A stretch of DNA of 64,000 nucleotides, taken from a virus. Positions 10,335 to 20,002 of this stretch are shown here, piece by piece. Position 1 is the first letter of the stretch. Each line of letters begins with the position of its first letter. Below the pieces are notes generated by a model. That model was not told where the DNA came from, ran no database searches, and saw only the letters and a list, made by a program, of their open reading frames with translations. The stretch is taken from IMG/VR virus record IMGVR_UViG_3300021963_009993, positions 117,261-181,260 of that record. The stretch is one strand, 5' to 3'. The position numbers were made by a program, and so were the translations under genes.

Positions 10335-12128
10335 ATGAAGAAAAAATTTATTGACTTCAACACTTTCAAGGCTCTTGAAAGCAATTCACTAACAGCTATT
10401 GAAAAAGAACTAAATGAGGCCTCCGAAATCTTGGCCAAAGTTCTAAATGAAAAAGTTCTCAGCGTTCATTGCCTAAACGAGAACGATGTCACATTTATCA
10501 ACGCTGACGGCAACTTGATTCATGCCGATATCAGCATGGACAAGAATAACTTGATCCTAGAGAACATCGAAGAATTGGTTATTGATGAATCCAGCTTCAA
10601 CAATGGCAGAAAAGAAATTGTCAACAAGATGGTAGAAAGCATTCTAGAAGACAATTTGGCAGAAGCTAGCATAAGATTCTCCGACTATTTCAACAACGCT
10701 ACTCTCAAAGCTAACTTGCGTGAAGGAATCATCTCCGAAGCAGAAGAAAAAGAAGAGAAAAAGAGCAAGAAGAAAGGCAAAATGCCTGAAGGTCTTCTCA
10801 AGTATTTTCAAGCCAAAGCAAAGAAAAAAGGCATGTCCAGCGACAAGATGATGAAGAGAAAAGCCAAGAAAGGCAAGTTCCACGGCAAGAGACTATCGAA
10901 GCTTGGCAAGATGGCTGGCGACAAGAAAATGCACGAGTGGAATGTAATTTCTACTAACATTCTTGAATTTGTTGATTTCAAGAACAGCGGAAATGTTTTC
11001 CAAAATGTTCGCAGCAATCGTGATGGAAACGGAAATGTAACCTCTTTGTCACTCCCAAGAACACATGTTAGAAACGAAGGCAAGATCCTAAGTTTCACAT
11101 GGAATGTTTGCAACGCTGCTGCTGAAAATGGCAGAAAAGATGCCAAGAAGATGGGAATGCATGAGTCCAACTGGGTTCGTGCTGTCAACGACATCAAGAG
11201 ACTAAATGCTCTAAATGAAACAGAATCACTAGAAACAGCTTTTGAAAACATCGCAGCTGCTTGGCCAAATGTAATTTATTTGACAGCTAGTGAATTATCT
11301 TCCAAAATCAACGAGACACTAGATGCTTCTGGTGCTGGTAACTATGATGATTCAACCTGTGATTTCCTTGCTGATGGAATTCTAAGAACAGCCCATAAGG
11401 CTTATGGCGATAAGGTAAACAAAGTTTACTCCATAGCTGGCAAGCAATTCAATTCTGATGATTTCGACGGATTCTCCGCTATCGCTGAATCTGTTTACAG
11501 AAATCTAGACGAGAACATCAAGACACAATATCAAGTATTCGCTGACCTATATCGTGGTTTGAGCGAAGCTTATAGAACAGCAGAAAGAATGGGCGACGAA
11601 GCCACAAAGGCCGAAACAGCTTCATTCATTCATGAGTGCGAATTGGTTCTAAACAAAAGAGCCGAACCATCCTTGGATTTGGCTGAAGACGCTGCACTTT
11701 ACCTACAGACCATCAGCGAAGGAAGTGATTTCGATAGCAAAGATTGGAATGTTGATGACATGGCTCATGTCAGCACAACATTAGACAATCCAGCTATCCA
11801 CAAATATGCCTCAATCGATGGCTCACCAGCCAAGAATGCAGGCAAATTTGATGGCAGTCCAATGTCTGATGGCAAGATGGTCAAAGTAGATGTTGAAGAT
11901 TATTACACAGGAATGAAGGGAGCAGACATGTTCCCCAGCGTCAGCAATCCTTATGCTCCAAAACCCGGCGAATTCAAGATTCACGGCGAAAAAGCTATCG
12001 ATGACGATGAAAATGATTTGGGAACTTATCAAGGTGGAGACACTTGGCCAAACCTCAAGAATCCCTACCTTCCAGATCATGGAATGACAATGAAGGATAC
12101 ATCAAAACTCCTTCATGGCAGCGAGTGA
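10335..12128 (+). CDS. Putative prohead core/internal head protein
   Basis: Between portal and protease as T4 gp67/68; many L/I-x-E sites; Lys-rich insert; C-rich highly-expressed-type codons; GGAGAG RBS before ATG 10335. Confidence 0.6.
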   Translation: MKKKFIDFNTFKALESNSLTAIEKELNEASEILAKVLNEKVLSVHCLNENDVTFINADGNLIHADISMDKNNLILENIEELVIDESSFNNGRKEIVNKMVESILEDNLAEASIRFSDYFNNATLKANLREGIISEAEEKEEKKSKKKGKMPEGLLKYFQAKAKKKGMSSDKMMKRKAKKGKFHGKRLSKLGKMAGDKKMHEWNVISTNILEFVDFKNSGNVFQNVRSNRDGNGNVTSLSLPRTHVRNEGKILSFTWNVCNAAAENGRKDAKKMGMHESNWVRAVNDIKRLNALNETESLETAFENIAAAWPNVIYLTASELSSKINETLDASGAGNYDDSTCDFLADGILRTAHKAYGDKVNKVYSIAGKQFNSDDFDGFSAIAESVYRNLDENIKTQYQVFADLYRGLSEAYRTAERMGDEATKAETASFIHECELVLNKRAEPSLDLAEDAALYLQTISEGSDFDSKDWNVDDMAHVSTTLDNPAIHKYASIDGSPAKNAGKFDGSPMSDGKMVKVDVEDYYTGMKGADMFPSVSNPYAPKPGEFKIHGEKAIDDDENDLGTYQGGDTWPNLKNPYLPDHGMTMKDTSKLLHGSE

Positions 12129-12160
12129 ATTAGTAAATCTAACAATAAATAGGAGTCGCT

Positions 12161-12832
12161 GTGAACGAAAGACTACTAATAGATTGCTGCATCGGTGGTG
12201 GTTTGACCCTCAATCTGAACGAAAGCTCAGATAGGGGTCTAACCCGTTTCAGAGGAAAATTCCAAGAAGCTGATGCTGTAAACAAAAACAAAAGAATGTA
12301 CACACATGGTGTACTAGATGAGAATGTAAAGAAATTACAAGAATGCATGAAAGCCAGAGGCCTAGTCGGTGAACTAGACCATCCAGAAGACTCCATCATT
12401 CACTTTGAGAAAGCAAGCCATGTCATCACAAAATTGTGGTGGGAAGGCAACACACTCATGGGAGAAGGTGAAATACTAAACACCCCTCATGGCAAAATTC
12501 TCAAAGCACTTATAAATGATGGCGTTAGGGTTGGTGTTAGCTCCCGTGGCGTTGGCAACGGAAAGGTGAATGAAAATGGCATCTTAGTGATTAACGAATC
12601 GTATAAGTTGATCACATTTGATGTTGTGGCTGATCCGTCAACATATGCTGCTTTTCAACAAAAAGTAGGTAGCACAAAAGAAAGTGCAGAATACCTACCT
12701 GAAAAAACTGAAAATTCTTCGATTAAAAACGAAGGCAGCAGCATACATAGAATTAACAAAGAAGCTCTAATAGCTTGCTTGGGCGGTATCGTTAAAGAAC
12801 AAACTAACAACATCCTAATGAGGTTGGGCTAA
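12161..12832 (+). CDS. gp21: Prohead protease (T4 gp21-like, peptidase S77)
   Basis: NKNKRMY, GELDHP, VGVSSRGVG (catalytic Ser), LITFDVVADPST. Confidence 0.93.
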   Translation: MNERLLIDCCIGGGLTLNLNESSDRGLTRFRGKFQEADAVNKNKRMYTHGVLDENVKKLQECMKARGLVGELDHPEDSIIHFEKASHVITKLWWEGNTLMGEGEILNTPHGKILKALINDGVRVGVSSRGVGNGKVNENGILVINESYKLITFDVVADPSTYAAFQQKVGSTKESAEYLPEKTENSSIKNEGSSIHRINKEALIACLGGIVKEQTNNILMRLG

Positions 12833-13737
12833 TGGAAAACAAAATTATCGAATCTTTGAAGAAATTAATTCCTTCTGACCAAATCAACGAGGTCGCTTCA
12901 GCCATCAACGAAATGCTGAATGATGCCAAAGAGGATATGGAAAAGGAATACAATAAGAACCTTGAGGAAGCTTATAGCCAGCTTTCCGCTGAACTAGGCG
13001 AATCCGAGAAAGTAGCCTACACAGGCTACCAAGAAGCATACGAAATCATCAATGATCTTCGTACTCGCTTGGAAGTCCAAAAGGAAGAATTCGAAAGAAC
13101 TCTCGAAGAAGGCTACGAAGAAGCTTATCAGATGCTTCTAGCCGAAAGAAACAATAAGTCCAAGGTCGAAGTTGACCTTTACGAGGAATACGATGGCAAG
13201 CTAGCTGAAATGAAGGCATACATCGTTGAGAAAGTTGATCAATTCCTACAGTTCAAGGGTGGAGAAATCTACGAACAAGCCCGTCAGGATTTGGTAAACG
13301 ATCCACGCATTCTTGAACACAAGGTTGCCTTGGACAAGATTGTAAATATCGCTTCTGGATATCTCTCCGACGAAGAGCGTAGCTTCGCTACCAGCACCAA
13401 GTTGGAAGAATCACGCAAGCAACTAGAAGAGTTGAAGGGCCAACTTCGTATCATGGAAGCCCGTAACATCAGACTCAGCACAGACAACACCCGTCTAACA
13501 GAGTCTGTTCGCAAGGCTTCAACAATGATCAACGAGAGCAAGGTTAACACCGCTGCTACCGTCAAGAAGGTAAAAACCCTAACCGAGCAGAAAGACAGAG
13601 TACAGAAAGCAAAGAACGCAAGCGGGAGAGGACATACCGACACCGAAAATGTTCAAGTTATTGCGGAATATAACTCAAACAACGGTGAATCAAACGAACT
13701 TTTGATTCTCTCAGGCGTGAAGAAGCCAAAAGCTTAA
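12832..13737 (+). CDS. Prohead scaffold protein (T4 gp22-like)
   Basis: Glu-rich coiled coil between protease and capsid; TAATG coupling. Confidence 0.8.
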   Translation: MENKIIESLKKLIPSDQINEVASAINEMLNDAKEDMEKEYNKNLEEAYSQLSAELGESEKVAYTGYQEAYEIINDLRTRLEVQKEEFERTLEEGYEEAYQMLLAERNNKSKVEVDLYEEYDGKLAEMKAYIVEKVDQFLQFKGGEIYEQARQDLVNDPRILEHKVALDKIVNIASGYLSDEERSFATSTKLEESRKQLEELKGQLRIMEARNIRLSTDNTRLTESVRKASTMINESKVNTAATVKKVKTLTEQKDRVQKAKNASGRGHTDTENVQVIAEYNSNNGESNELLILSGVKKPKA

Positions 13738-13771
13738 GGAATTAATCTTACTACTTTTTTAAGAGGTAAAA

Positions 13772-15214
13772 ATGAACGCAAATGCTAGATTTCTAAATGA
13801 AGCAAGAGAACTAGAAGGTCGTTGGTCAAAGACAGGCATCCTAAAGGGAATCGAAGATCCCTATGTCCGCTCTGCTACAGCTGTTCTCCTAGAGAACCAG
13901 AGATTGATCAATGAAACTTCTACCGATACAAGCGATGTCGCTCAGTTCAAGAGAATTTCTATTCCTCTTGTTCGCCGCATCTACCCCCAGTTGATCGCTA
14001 ACAAAATCGTCAGCGTTCAACCACTACTAGGCCCAACCGGCTTGGTATACTATCTCCGCTTCCGCTATTCCAGCAACAAGGGCAGCGTCCGTGGTGCTGA
14101 CAACAATGGTGGATTCCCCGGAGATGATGTAAACTCCCTACAACAGCTAGCCTCTGGCGATGCTAACCTAGACATCTTCTATAGCAGCCAGTTCGTTCAG
14201 AACGAAACAACCGCTACTGTACCAGCAGGTGCCAGCGCAGTTGTTAACTACGGTGCCGTAGAACACACACCAGTACTAGCCGGAACCATGACTGGCACCG
14301 CTTACTACAATAGCGCAGCAGTCGCAACTTTCGTTGTAAATTCCGCTGGCGCAGTAACCATCACCCCAATTACTGGTGCTGTTCTCCCAACAGCTGGCTC
14401 AATTGATCTAGCCACAGGCGTTCTAAGCTTGACTTGGAATGCTTCAGCAGCTGGCGCATCTTCCTATTGCGTAGTTTCCTACGAGTACAATATGGAATGC
14501 AACCAAGATCTTCCTGAGATCAATCTAGTAATTGAATCCGAAGAAATTGCTGCCAAGACCCGTAAGCTCAAAGCTGTATGGTCCTACGAAGCACAACAAG
14601 ACCTCCGCTCTCAGCACAACCTAGACGCTGAAGCTGAACTAACCGGAGTTCTTGCTCAGGAAATCAACCTCGAAATCGACCGTGAAGTAATTCAGGACTT
14701 GCGTAACAACGCCGGTACTGTCGCTGCATGGGATCTTGCCACCGCCCTAGGTGACACCATCAAGGAAAAATACGAAGCTCTCTATGTCAAGATCGTAGAA
14801 GTTTCCAATGTTATCCATCGTAAGACACTTCGTGGTGGAGCTAACTTCATCGTTACCTCTCCTGAAGTTGCCTCTATCTTCGAAACAGCAACAGCCGGTT
14901 TTGCTCCCGCTCCTAGCGAGACATTTACCAGCAGCCTAGGCATCCAGTATGTCGGCACCGTTGCTAACAGATGGAGACTATACAAAGATCCTCTATTCCC
15001 AACCAACCAGTTGTTGATGGGTTACAAGGGCGACAGCTACATGGACAGCGGATATTTCTACTGCCCATATGTACCACTAACACAAACTCCAGTTGTGCTA
15101 GATCCAGAGAGCTTCTGCCCCCGTAAGGGAATCCTTACTAGATACGGCAAGAAATTGCTAAGAGAAGGCGCAAAGTTCTATGCAAGGCTATCAATTGCTA
15201 ACTTTGTAGTATAA
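13772..15214 (+). CDS. gp23: Major capsid protein (T4 gp23-like)
   Basis: IPLVRRIYPQLIAN.IVSVQP..GPTGL, KTRKLKAVWSYEAQQDL...H.LDAEAEL, EINLEIDRE, YCPYVPL, P.KGILTRYG. Confidence 0.97.
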   Translation: MNANARFLNEARELEGRWSKTGILKGIEDPYVRSATAVLLENQRLINETSTDTSDVAQFKRISIPLVRRIYPQLIANKIVSVQPLLGPTGLVYYLRFRYSSNKGSVRGADNNGGFPGDDVNSLQQLASGDANLDIFYSSQFVQNETTATVPAGASAVVNYGAVEHTPVLAGTMTGTAYYNSAAVATFVVNSAGAVTITPITGAVLPTAGSIDLATGVLSLTWNASAAGASSYCVVSYEYNMECNQDLPEINLVIESEEIAAKTRKLKAVWSYEAQQDLRSQHNLDAEAELTGVLAQEINLEIDREVIQDLRNNAGTVAAWDLATALGDTIKEKYEALYVKIVEVSNVIHRKTLRGGANFIVTSPEVASIFETATAGFAPAPSETFTSSLGIQYVGTVANRWRLYKDPLFPTNQLLMGYKGDSYMDSGYFYCPYVPLTQTPVVLDPESFCPRKGILTRYGKKLLREGAKFYARLSIANFVV

Positions 15215-15247
15215 TAATAGCAACTGATATCAAACTGATATCTTTTT

Positions 15248-15285
15248 AGAGCCCCGGCTGGAAAGTCGGGGCTCTTTGTTTTTTC
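15248..15285 (+). terminator. Rho-independent terminator after major capsid gene
   Basis: AGAGCCCCGGCT-GGAA-AGTCGGGGCTCT stem followed by TTTGTTTTTT. Confidence 0.85.
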
Positions 15286-15388
15286 ATTTAAAAAATCAAT
15301 ATCAAACTAAATTTTGTGTTTTTACAATTTTATGACCTTGAAAAGGCTTTCTTACTGTGATAATATCTTAACAAGGAGAAAACACAAA

Positions 15389-16975
15389 ATGATTATCATT
15401 GATATTGCCGATGTAAATAATTACGATAAAAAAGATTGGCCAAACGATATTTTAATTTTTTCTGACGAATGGGAAAACAGGAATCATCAATGTCAAAATT
15501 TTATAAACGCACATAATAATATTCATTTAGAAAAAATTCATGGCAGAAAATGTGTTGTCAAAGAAATTAAATCAAGAAAAGGAAAAGATTTTTTATCAAC
15601 ACATCATATTCAAGGATCTAATAATCTTGGCGTAATTTTCTTTGGTTTATTTTATAAAAATGAACTAATTGGCGTTATGTCTCTTGGTAGACACAACAGA
15701 CAAATTGCAGATAATAGAATTGTTTTAGATAGATTTTGTATAGCTAATGGTATTCATGTTCAAGGAGGAGCAAGCAAACTTTTCAAGAGATGTATTGAAT
15801 GGGCTAAATTACATAAATACGATGAAATTGTCAGTTTCAGCGACAATCGTTTGACTAAAGGTCATATCTATGAAGTTTTAGGTTTTGAATTAGAAAAGAA
15901 TCATAAGCCAGATTATTGCTATGTTGATACTAACAATTCTTATAAAAGAATTAGCAAACAAAGTCAAAAAAAATCTTCATCAAAATGCCCAGAAGGAATG
16001 ACAGAATTCGAATGGGCTGATGTGCGTGGCTTGAAAAAATTATGGGATAAAGGTAAGAAAAGATGGGTATTCCCACTTGATCCTTCAAAAAAAACATGGA
16101 AACAAAAGCTATCACAAAAATGTGCTGAACAAAATAGAAGAGGGGATTTTAAACACTCCCATGTTAGAGGCTATTTTGCTTCAAAAAAATGCAAATGTGA
16201 TATTTATTATGGATCATCTTATGAATTGAGATGCCTTTATCTTTTAGAACAAGATAATAATGTATCGTGTTTTAAACGAGCAGATGTATTTATAGATAGC
16301 GAAGGTAGAAGTCGTAATCCAGATTTTCAAATTGATTATATTGATAATTCTAAAGAAATTGTAGAAGTAAAACCTGAATCTAGATTTCACAAAGAATCAG
16401 ATGTAAAAAAACAAATTTCAGAAACAAAAAAATATGCAGAATCTTCTGGATTTAAATTTTCTGTCTGGACAGAACGAAGTTCTGGTCTTGCTAATGATAG
16501 GTCGATAATAGAATGGGCAAAAAAGTATATTGCAGAAACAACAGGCAATACAGATTGGATTGAAAAACAGAAAGAAAACGATAAGAAAAAAGCCAAAAAA
16601 CATTATAATTTAAAAATAGCAAATGATAAAATAAAGTTTTTGTGTTCTTTCTGCAATTTAGAACATGAGGCTTTGCGTTTAACGCATGATCGCAACATAG
16701 CCAAAAACGGTCGTTATATTTGTGAAAAAGAAGGTGGACACATAGCAGGTAGCAGACCAAAAGACCATCTTAAAAAAGATAACCCATATGCATCTGAAAG
16801 AAAAAAACAATGTAATGAATGTAAAGATATCAAACTGTTTGAAGCATTTTCTCCTGACAAAAGCAAACGAGATGGTTATTCTACTCGTTGCAAAATATGC
16901 AGGGCTGCCAAGTATAAAGCAAAATATCAAGAAAAAAAGGGTAGCGATAGTCAATCGAGCATAGAATCTAAATAA
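15389..16975 (+). CDS. Composite putative homing nuclease: GNAT/Mom-like N-domain, TnsA-like PD-(D/E)XK domain and C-terminal Zn-binding module
   Basis: RFC...VQGGASKL, SFSDNRL..G.IY..LGF; YYGSSYEL...NPDF.I.Y...EIVEVKP; CNECK...RCKIC; AGGAG RBS before ATG 15389. Confidence 0.6.
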   Translation: MIIIDIADVNNYDKKDWPNDILIFSDEWENRNHQCQNFINAHNNIHLEKIHGRKCVVKEIKSRKGKDFLSTHHIQGSNNLGVIFFGLFYKNELIGVMSLGRHNRQIADNRIVLDRFCIANGIHVQGGASKLFKRCIEWAKLHKYDEIVSFSDNRLTKGHIYEVLGFELEKNHKPDYCYVDTNNSYKRISKQSQKKSSSKCPEGMTEFEWADVRGLKKLWDKGKKRWVFPLDPSKKTWKQKLSQKCAEQNRRGDFKHSHVRGYFASKKCKCDIYYGSSYELRCLYLLEQDNNVSCFKRADVFIDSEGRSRNPDFQIDYIDNSKEIVEVKPESRFHKESDVKKQISETKKYAESSGFKFSVWTERSSGLANDRSIIEWAKKYIAETTGNTDWIEKQKENDKKKAKKHYNLKIANDKIKFLCSFCNLEHEALRLTHDRNIAKNGRYICEKEGGHIAGSRPKDHLKKDNPYASERKKQCNECKDIKLFEAFSPDKSKRDGYSTRCKICRAAKYKAKYQEKKGSDSQSSIESK

Positions 16976-17072
16976 TAACAATCATATTTGTTATTATTTT
17001 TGCAAATGCAAGGGTGCTTACTGTAATAAGTTTATGCAGGATATGGATAAGTTATTCATATTCTGCATATTT

Positions 17073-17144
17073 GCGAGCGTGGCATATCGGCTGTGCGTTA
17101 GCCTTCCAAGCTAATTTAGGTGGGTTCGACTCCCATCGCTCGCT
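17073..17144 (+). tRNA. tRNA-Gly (anticodon TCC), no encoded CCA
   Basis: Acceptor GCGAGCG/CGCTCGC, anticodon arm TTAGC-CTTCCAA-GCTAA, T arm GTGGG-TTCGACT-CCCAT, U discriminator. Confidence 0.92.
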
Positions 17145-17544
17145 TTTCTCTCAACTCATAATGTAATTTTCTGTGGCAATTGCTACAAATTGGTATGCAT
17201 TTTTTAAGTTCTTCTAAACCTTTGTTAATAGCACCTTCATTGAAAAAAGCGGATACATCTTTTTCTTTATTATTTTCTGGATGGTGGAAATCTATGCAAG
17301 CTGGGTGTGATTCACCGCAAGCGCATTTAAATTGTTTTTTATAATCTTGCCACCAATCACGAATTTGTTTTTTCTTTTCGCTAGCAGCTGTGATATATTT
17401 TTCTGAGTTGTTTTTATAATGGTTATTGCTTGCAATTTTTTGACAATCTTTACATTTTGATTGTCTTGTTTGTTTGGAAATATTTTTGAAATTAAAATCA
17501 TCTATATTTTTTTCTGTTTTGCATGAATTGCAAAATTTATACAT
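17116..17544 (-). CDS. HNH endonuclease
   Basis: CNSCK...KCKDC N-terminal Zn module; CGESHPACIDFHH...KCIPICSNCHRKLH. Confidence 0.85.
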   Translation of the reverse strand: MYKFCNSCKTEKNIDDFNFKNISKQTRQSKCKDCQKIASNNHYKNNSEKYITAASEKKKQIRDWWQDYKKQFKCACGESHPACIDFHHPENNKEKDVSAFFNEGAINKGLEELKKCIPICSNCHRKLHYELREKRAMGVEPT

Positions 17545-17608
17545 AAAAAAATTATATGTTTAAAACATTTTAAAAACAAAATTTTCTATAATAATATTGA
17601 GGTGCAAA

Positions 17609-18070
17609 ATGGCTACATTAAAAGACTTATTGTTTGATTTGAAACAAGCTGATACAAACTGTTTAGTATCAATTTATAATCCAAGTGGCATGAGTGTACC
17701 TTCTCATTTTCATATTACTGAAATAGGTAGGACTATTAAAACATTTGTGGATTGTGGTGGGTACGAAAGGGAGAATAGTAATACTACTTTTCAAGTTTGG
17801 GTGGCAGATGATGTTGATCATCGAATGACAGTTGGTAAATTTTTGGATATTATTGCTGCTGGTAAAAACATTATTAATCAAGATGACGAGGTCATATTTG
17901 AATATGACAACAATCATACGATTGGCTTGTATGGTGTAGCTTTAATTCAAAGGCTTGAGCATTTCTTCAATATATTTTTAATGCAAAAAAGGACGAATTG
18001 TTTGGCACCAGATAAGTGTGGTGTTAAGTCTCAATCGGAATCCTGTTGTGGAAGCAAGGGTTGTTGCTAA
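17609..18070 (+). CDS. DUF6428-like protein (family associated with arsenic-resistance loci)
   Basis: VPSHFHITEIG..FVDCGG, QVWVADDVDHR, T.CLAPDKCG and CC-x4-CC tail. Confidence 0.7.
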   Translation: MATLKDLLFDLKQADTNCLVSIYNPSGMSVPSHFHITEIGRTIKTFVDCGGYERENSNTTFQVWVADDVDHRMTVGKFLDIIAAGKNIINQDDEVIFEYDNNHTIGLYGVALIQRLEHFFNIFLMQKRTNCLAPDKCGVKSQSESCCGSKGCC

Positions 18071-18804
18071 TGAATAGATATGATTTCATAAATGCATACA
18101 CTAGCTCTGGTGTTGACACATATGCCAACAGGGTTTATTTGTTGGATTGTTTTGATTTGGTCAGGGAGCATGTAACTTGTGCCCATTGTGAATCAGACGC
18201 ATATTACATGTCTGATTACATCTTAAGAAATCAAAACACAGACGGTTCGATTATTGAATTTGGTTGTTACAGCGGTGGCATGAGTTGCAAATTATCAAAA
18301 GTTTGTGAGTTGGTTGGTAAGAAATATATTATATTTGACACTTTTAGTGGCTTGCCTTATACGGAGGTTTATGAGACATATAGAGAAGAGGATGCTAATT
18401 TAGGAAATTTTCAAAAAGGAATGTTTTCTTGTGATTTAGAAAGTGTGAAAAAAAATATTGAGCAGTATGGAAGTATTAATAATTGTGTTTTTTATGAAGG
18501 TTTGATAGAGGATAGACTAAAGGAATTGAAGGAAAATCCATTAACAATATTTATTGATGTGGACTTGGTTGATACAGCGAGATTTGTAATTAAGAACATA
18601 TGGGACAGGGTGATAGGGGACAGGATATTTACGCATGAGGCGTGTGTTAAGGATTACATGGAAAGGATATTAGACAGACAATGGTGGCTTGATGAAATGA
18701 AAAGATTCCCGCCTTTTGTAAACGGGAATCTTTTTGAAAAATATCCTAATTTGCCGAACACCATGTGTTTGGCTTATTTAAACAAGTATCAGTCTTTGGG
18801 ATAG
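18070..18804 (+). CDS. TylF/MycF/NovP-like O-methyltransferase
   Basis: GSIIEFGCYSGG, IFDTFSGLP, IFIDVDL; TAATG coupling. Confidence 0.8.
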   Translation: MNRYDFINAYTSSGVDTYANRVYLLDCFDLVREHVTCAHCESDAYYMSDYILRNQNTDGSIIEFGCYSGGMSCKLSKVCELVGKKYIIFDTFSGLPYTEVYETYREEDANLGNFQKGMFSCDLESVKKNIEQYGSINNCVFYEGLIEDRLKELKENPLTIFIDVDLVDTARFVIKNIWDRVIGDRIFTHEACVKDYMERILDRQWWLDEMKRFPPFVNGNLFEKYPNLPNTMCLAYLNKYQSLG

Positions 18805-19049
18805 AAACTTCTCATATCTCTTTTTAGTTTTTTGGCTTGTGCGTGACTAAGGTTTATTTTCTTGATGATAGTTCTACCATTCTTGTCTACATCGACTTGT
18901 TCAAGACGCAATCCAGCGAATGGTTCAGGGTTGTATGAAAGTCTTATCTCTCCAAAGTCGAATTCAATGTAGCCATCTGGTGTATTGTATTTGGATACAT
19001 CTCTTTCGATCTTTGTTTTTTGAATTTTGTTTGACATGGCAGCCTCCAT
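18789..19049 (-). CDS. Hypothetical protein
   Basis: 86 aa ORF. Confidence 0.6.
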   Translation of the reverse strand: MEAAMSNKIQKTKIERDVSKYNTPDGYIEFDFGEIRLSYNPEPFAGLRLEQVDVDKNGRTIIKKINLSHAQAKKLKRDMRSFYPKD

Positions 19050-19079
19050 GATAATTATAGTAATTTGGAGACTAAAGTT

Positions 19080-19346
19080 CTATTTTTCAATATTACATTG
19101 TGCTATTTCTTTTGGTGTTTTTGATTCACCAATGATTGTTATTTCGGATTCGGTTTCTATCCAAACTCTTGCACCGCATCCTAGTGGTTTGTTTGGGCTA
19201 TAGATAATTTTTGATGGGCCATTGATGACAACTTCTTTTGCGTAAACATTATTTTTTGATGTTTTGATTGTTAGAACTGGGTCTTCTTGACCATTTTTTA
19301 AATTTCTACGAATAATATGTTGGTTAACATGAATTATTGTTTTCAT
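19080..19346 (-). CDS. Conserved-type phage hypothetical protein
   Basis: MKTIIHVNQH..., EVVINGPS.I.YSP.KPL.CGARVWIET; GGAG RBS before ATG 19346. Confidence 0.75.
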   Translation of the reverse strand: MKTIIHVNQHIIRRNLKNGQEDPVLTIKTSKNNVYAKEVVINGPSKIIYSPNKPLGCGARVWIETESEITIIGESKTPKEIAQCNIEK

Positions 19347-19504
19347 AATTGATTCTCCCTTTGATCTATCACAAAAGCATTTGCAAACCAAGTTTGGTTG
19401 AAGGAATCGTAAAATTTATTTATGGTGTTACCCCAACCAAATGAATCGGTTATATTTTTTGACCAGCAGCAGCATTGGGGTATGCTTTTTTTGATAATAG
19501 TCAT
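19343..19504 (-). CDS. Small hypothetical protein (53 aa, MTIIKKSIPQCCCWSK...)
   Basis: Manual translation; ATGA overlaps at both ends fill the gap exactly. Confidence 0.45.
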   Translation of the reverse strand: MTIIKKSIPQCCCWSKNITDSFGWGNTINKFYDSFNQTWFANAFVIDQRENQL

Positions 19505-19905
19505 TTTGAATTCTTCTTCAGTTTTTGAATGGTTTTTAAAGCCTCTAGTGCATTTTTTGGATTACCTAGTTCAGCCATAATCAGATCATCTAATTTCAAC
19601 TTTTTATTTTGGTATGCTGGCAGAATCAATCCGGTACTTACTTCGTTATTCGGTTCAAATCTTTCATCCTGTGTATCTTTATCAAAATCTCCATCTCTTG
19701 CATAAAGAGTTCCATCGCCAGTTGGGTTTAGTTGCACATCTAGTTCGATTAACTTAACTGTGGCATTGTTGACTATGGAGGGCGCAAATGTTCTACGCAT
19801 ATCTGCGTATCTTCTTGCCATCCAATGGAGGTCTTTGCATATTGATTTAAGGGTCGAATTTTCTTGTATAAGCCTGTTTATTTCTTTTTTTGACATGGAG
19901 GTCAC
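19501..19905 (-). CDS. Hypothetical protein
   Basis: 134 aa ORF (DLHWMARRYAD.R). Confidence 0.7.
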   Translation of the reverse strand: MTSMSKKEINRLIQENSTLKSICKDLHWMARRYADMRRTFAPSIVNNATVKLIELDVQLNPTGDGTLYARDGDFDKDTQDERFEPNNEVSTGLILPAYQNKKLKLDDLIMAELGNPKNALEALKTIQKLKKNSK

Positions 19906-19950
19906 CTTGTTTTAAACAAGCTATAAATTAAATTATAGGGCTTAAAAATG

Positions 19951-19994
19951 CAAACGAAAAAACCCTCTATTTTAAAAGAGGGTTTTTTCGTTTG
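19951..19994. terminator. Perfect 18-bp inverted repeat, likely (bidirectional) terminator
   Basis: CAAACGAAAAAACCCTCT-8 nt-AGAGGGTTTTTTCGTTTG. Confidence 0.75.
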
Positions 19995-20002
19995 TTAATC
20001 GA

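Noticed and set aside
15338-15366. Sigma70 promoter before the composite nuclease
   Set aside because: TTGAAA to GATAAT spacing is 15 nt; too weak in an AT-rich context
17034-17068. Second tRNA or ncRNA upstream of tRNA-Gly
   Set aside because: A single hairpin only; no cloverleaf or T-loop
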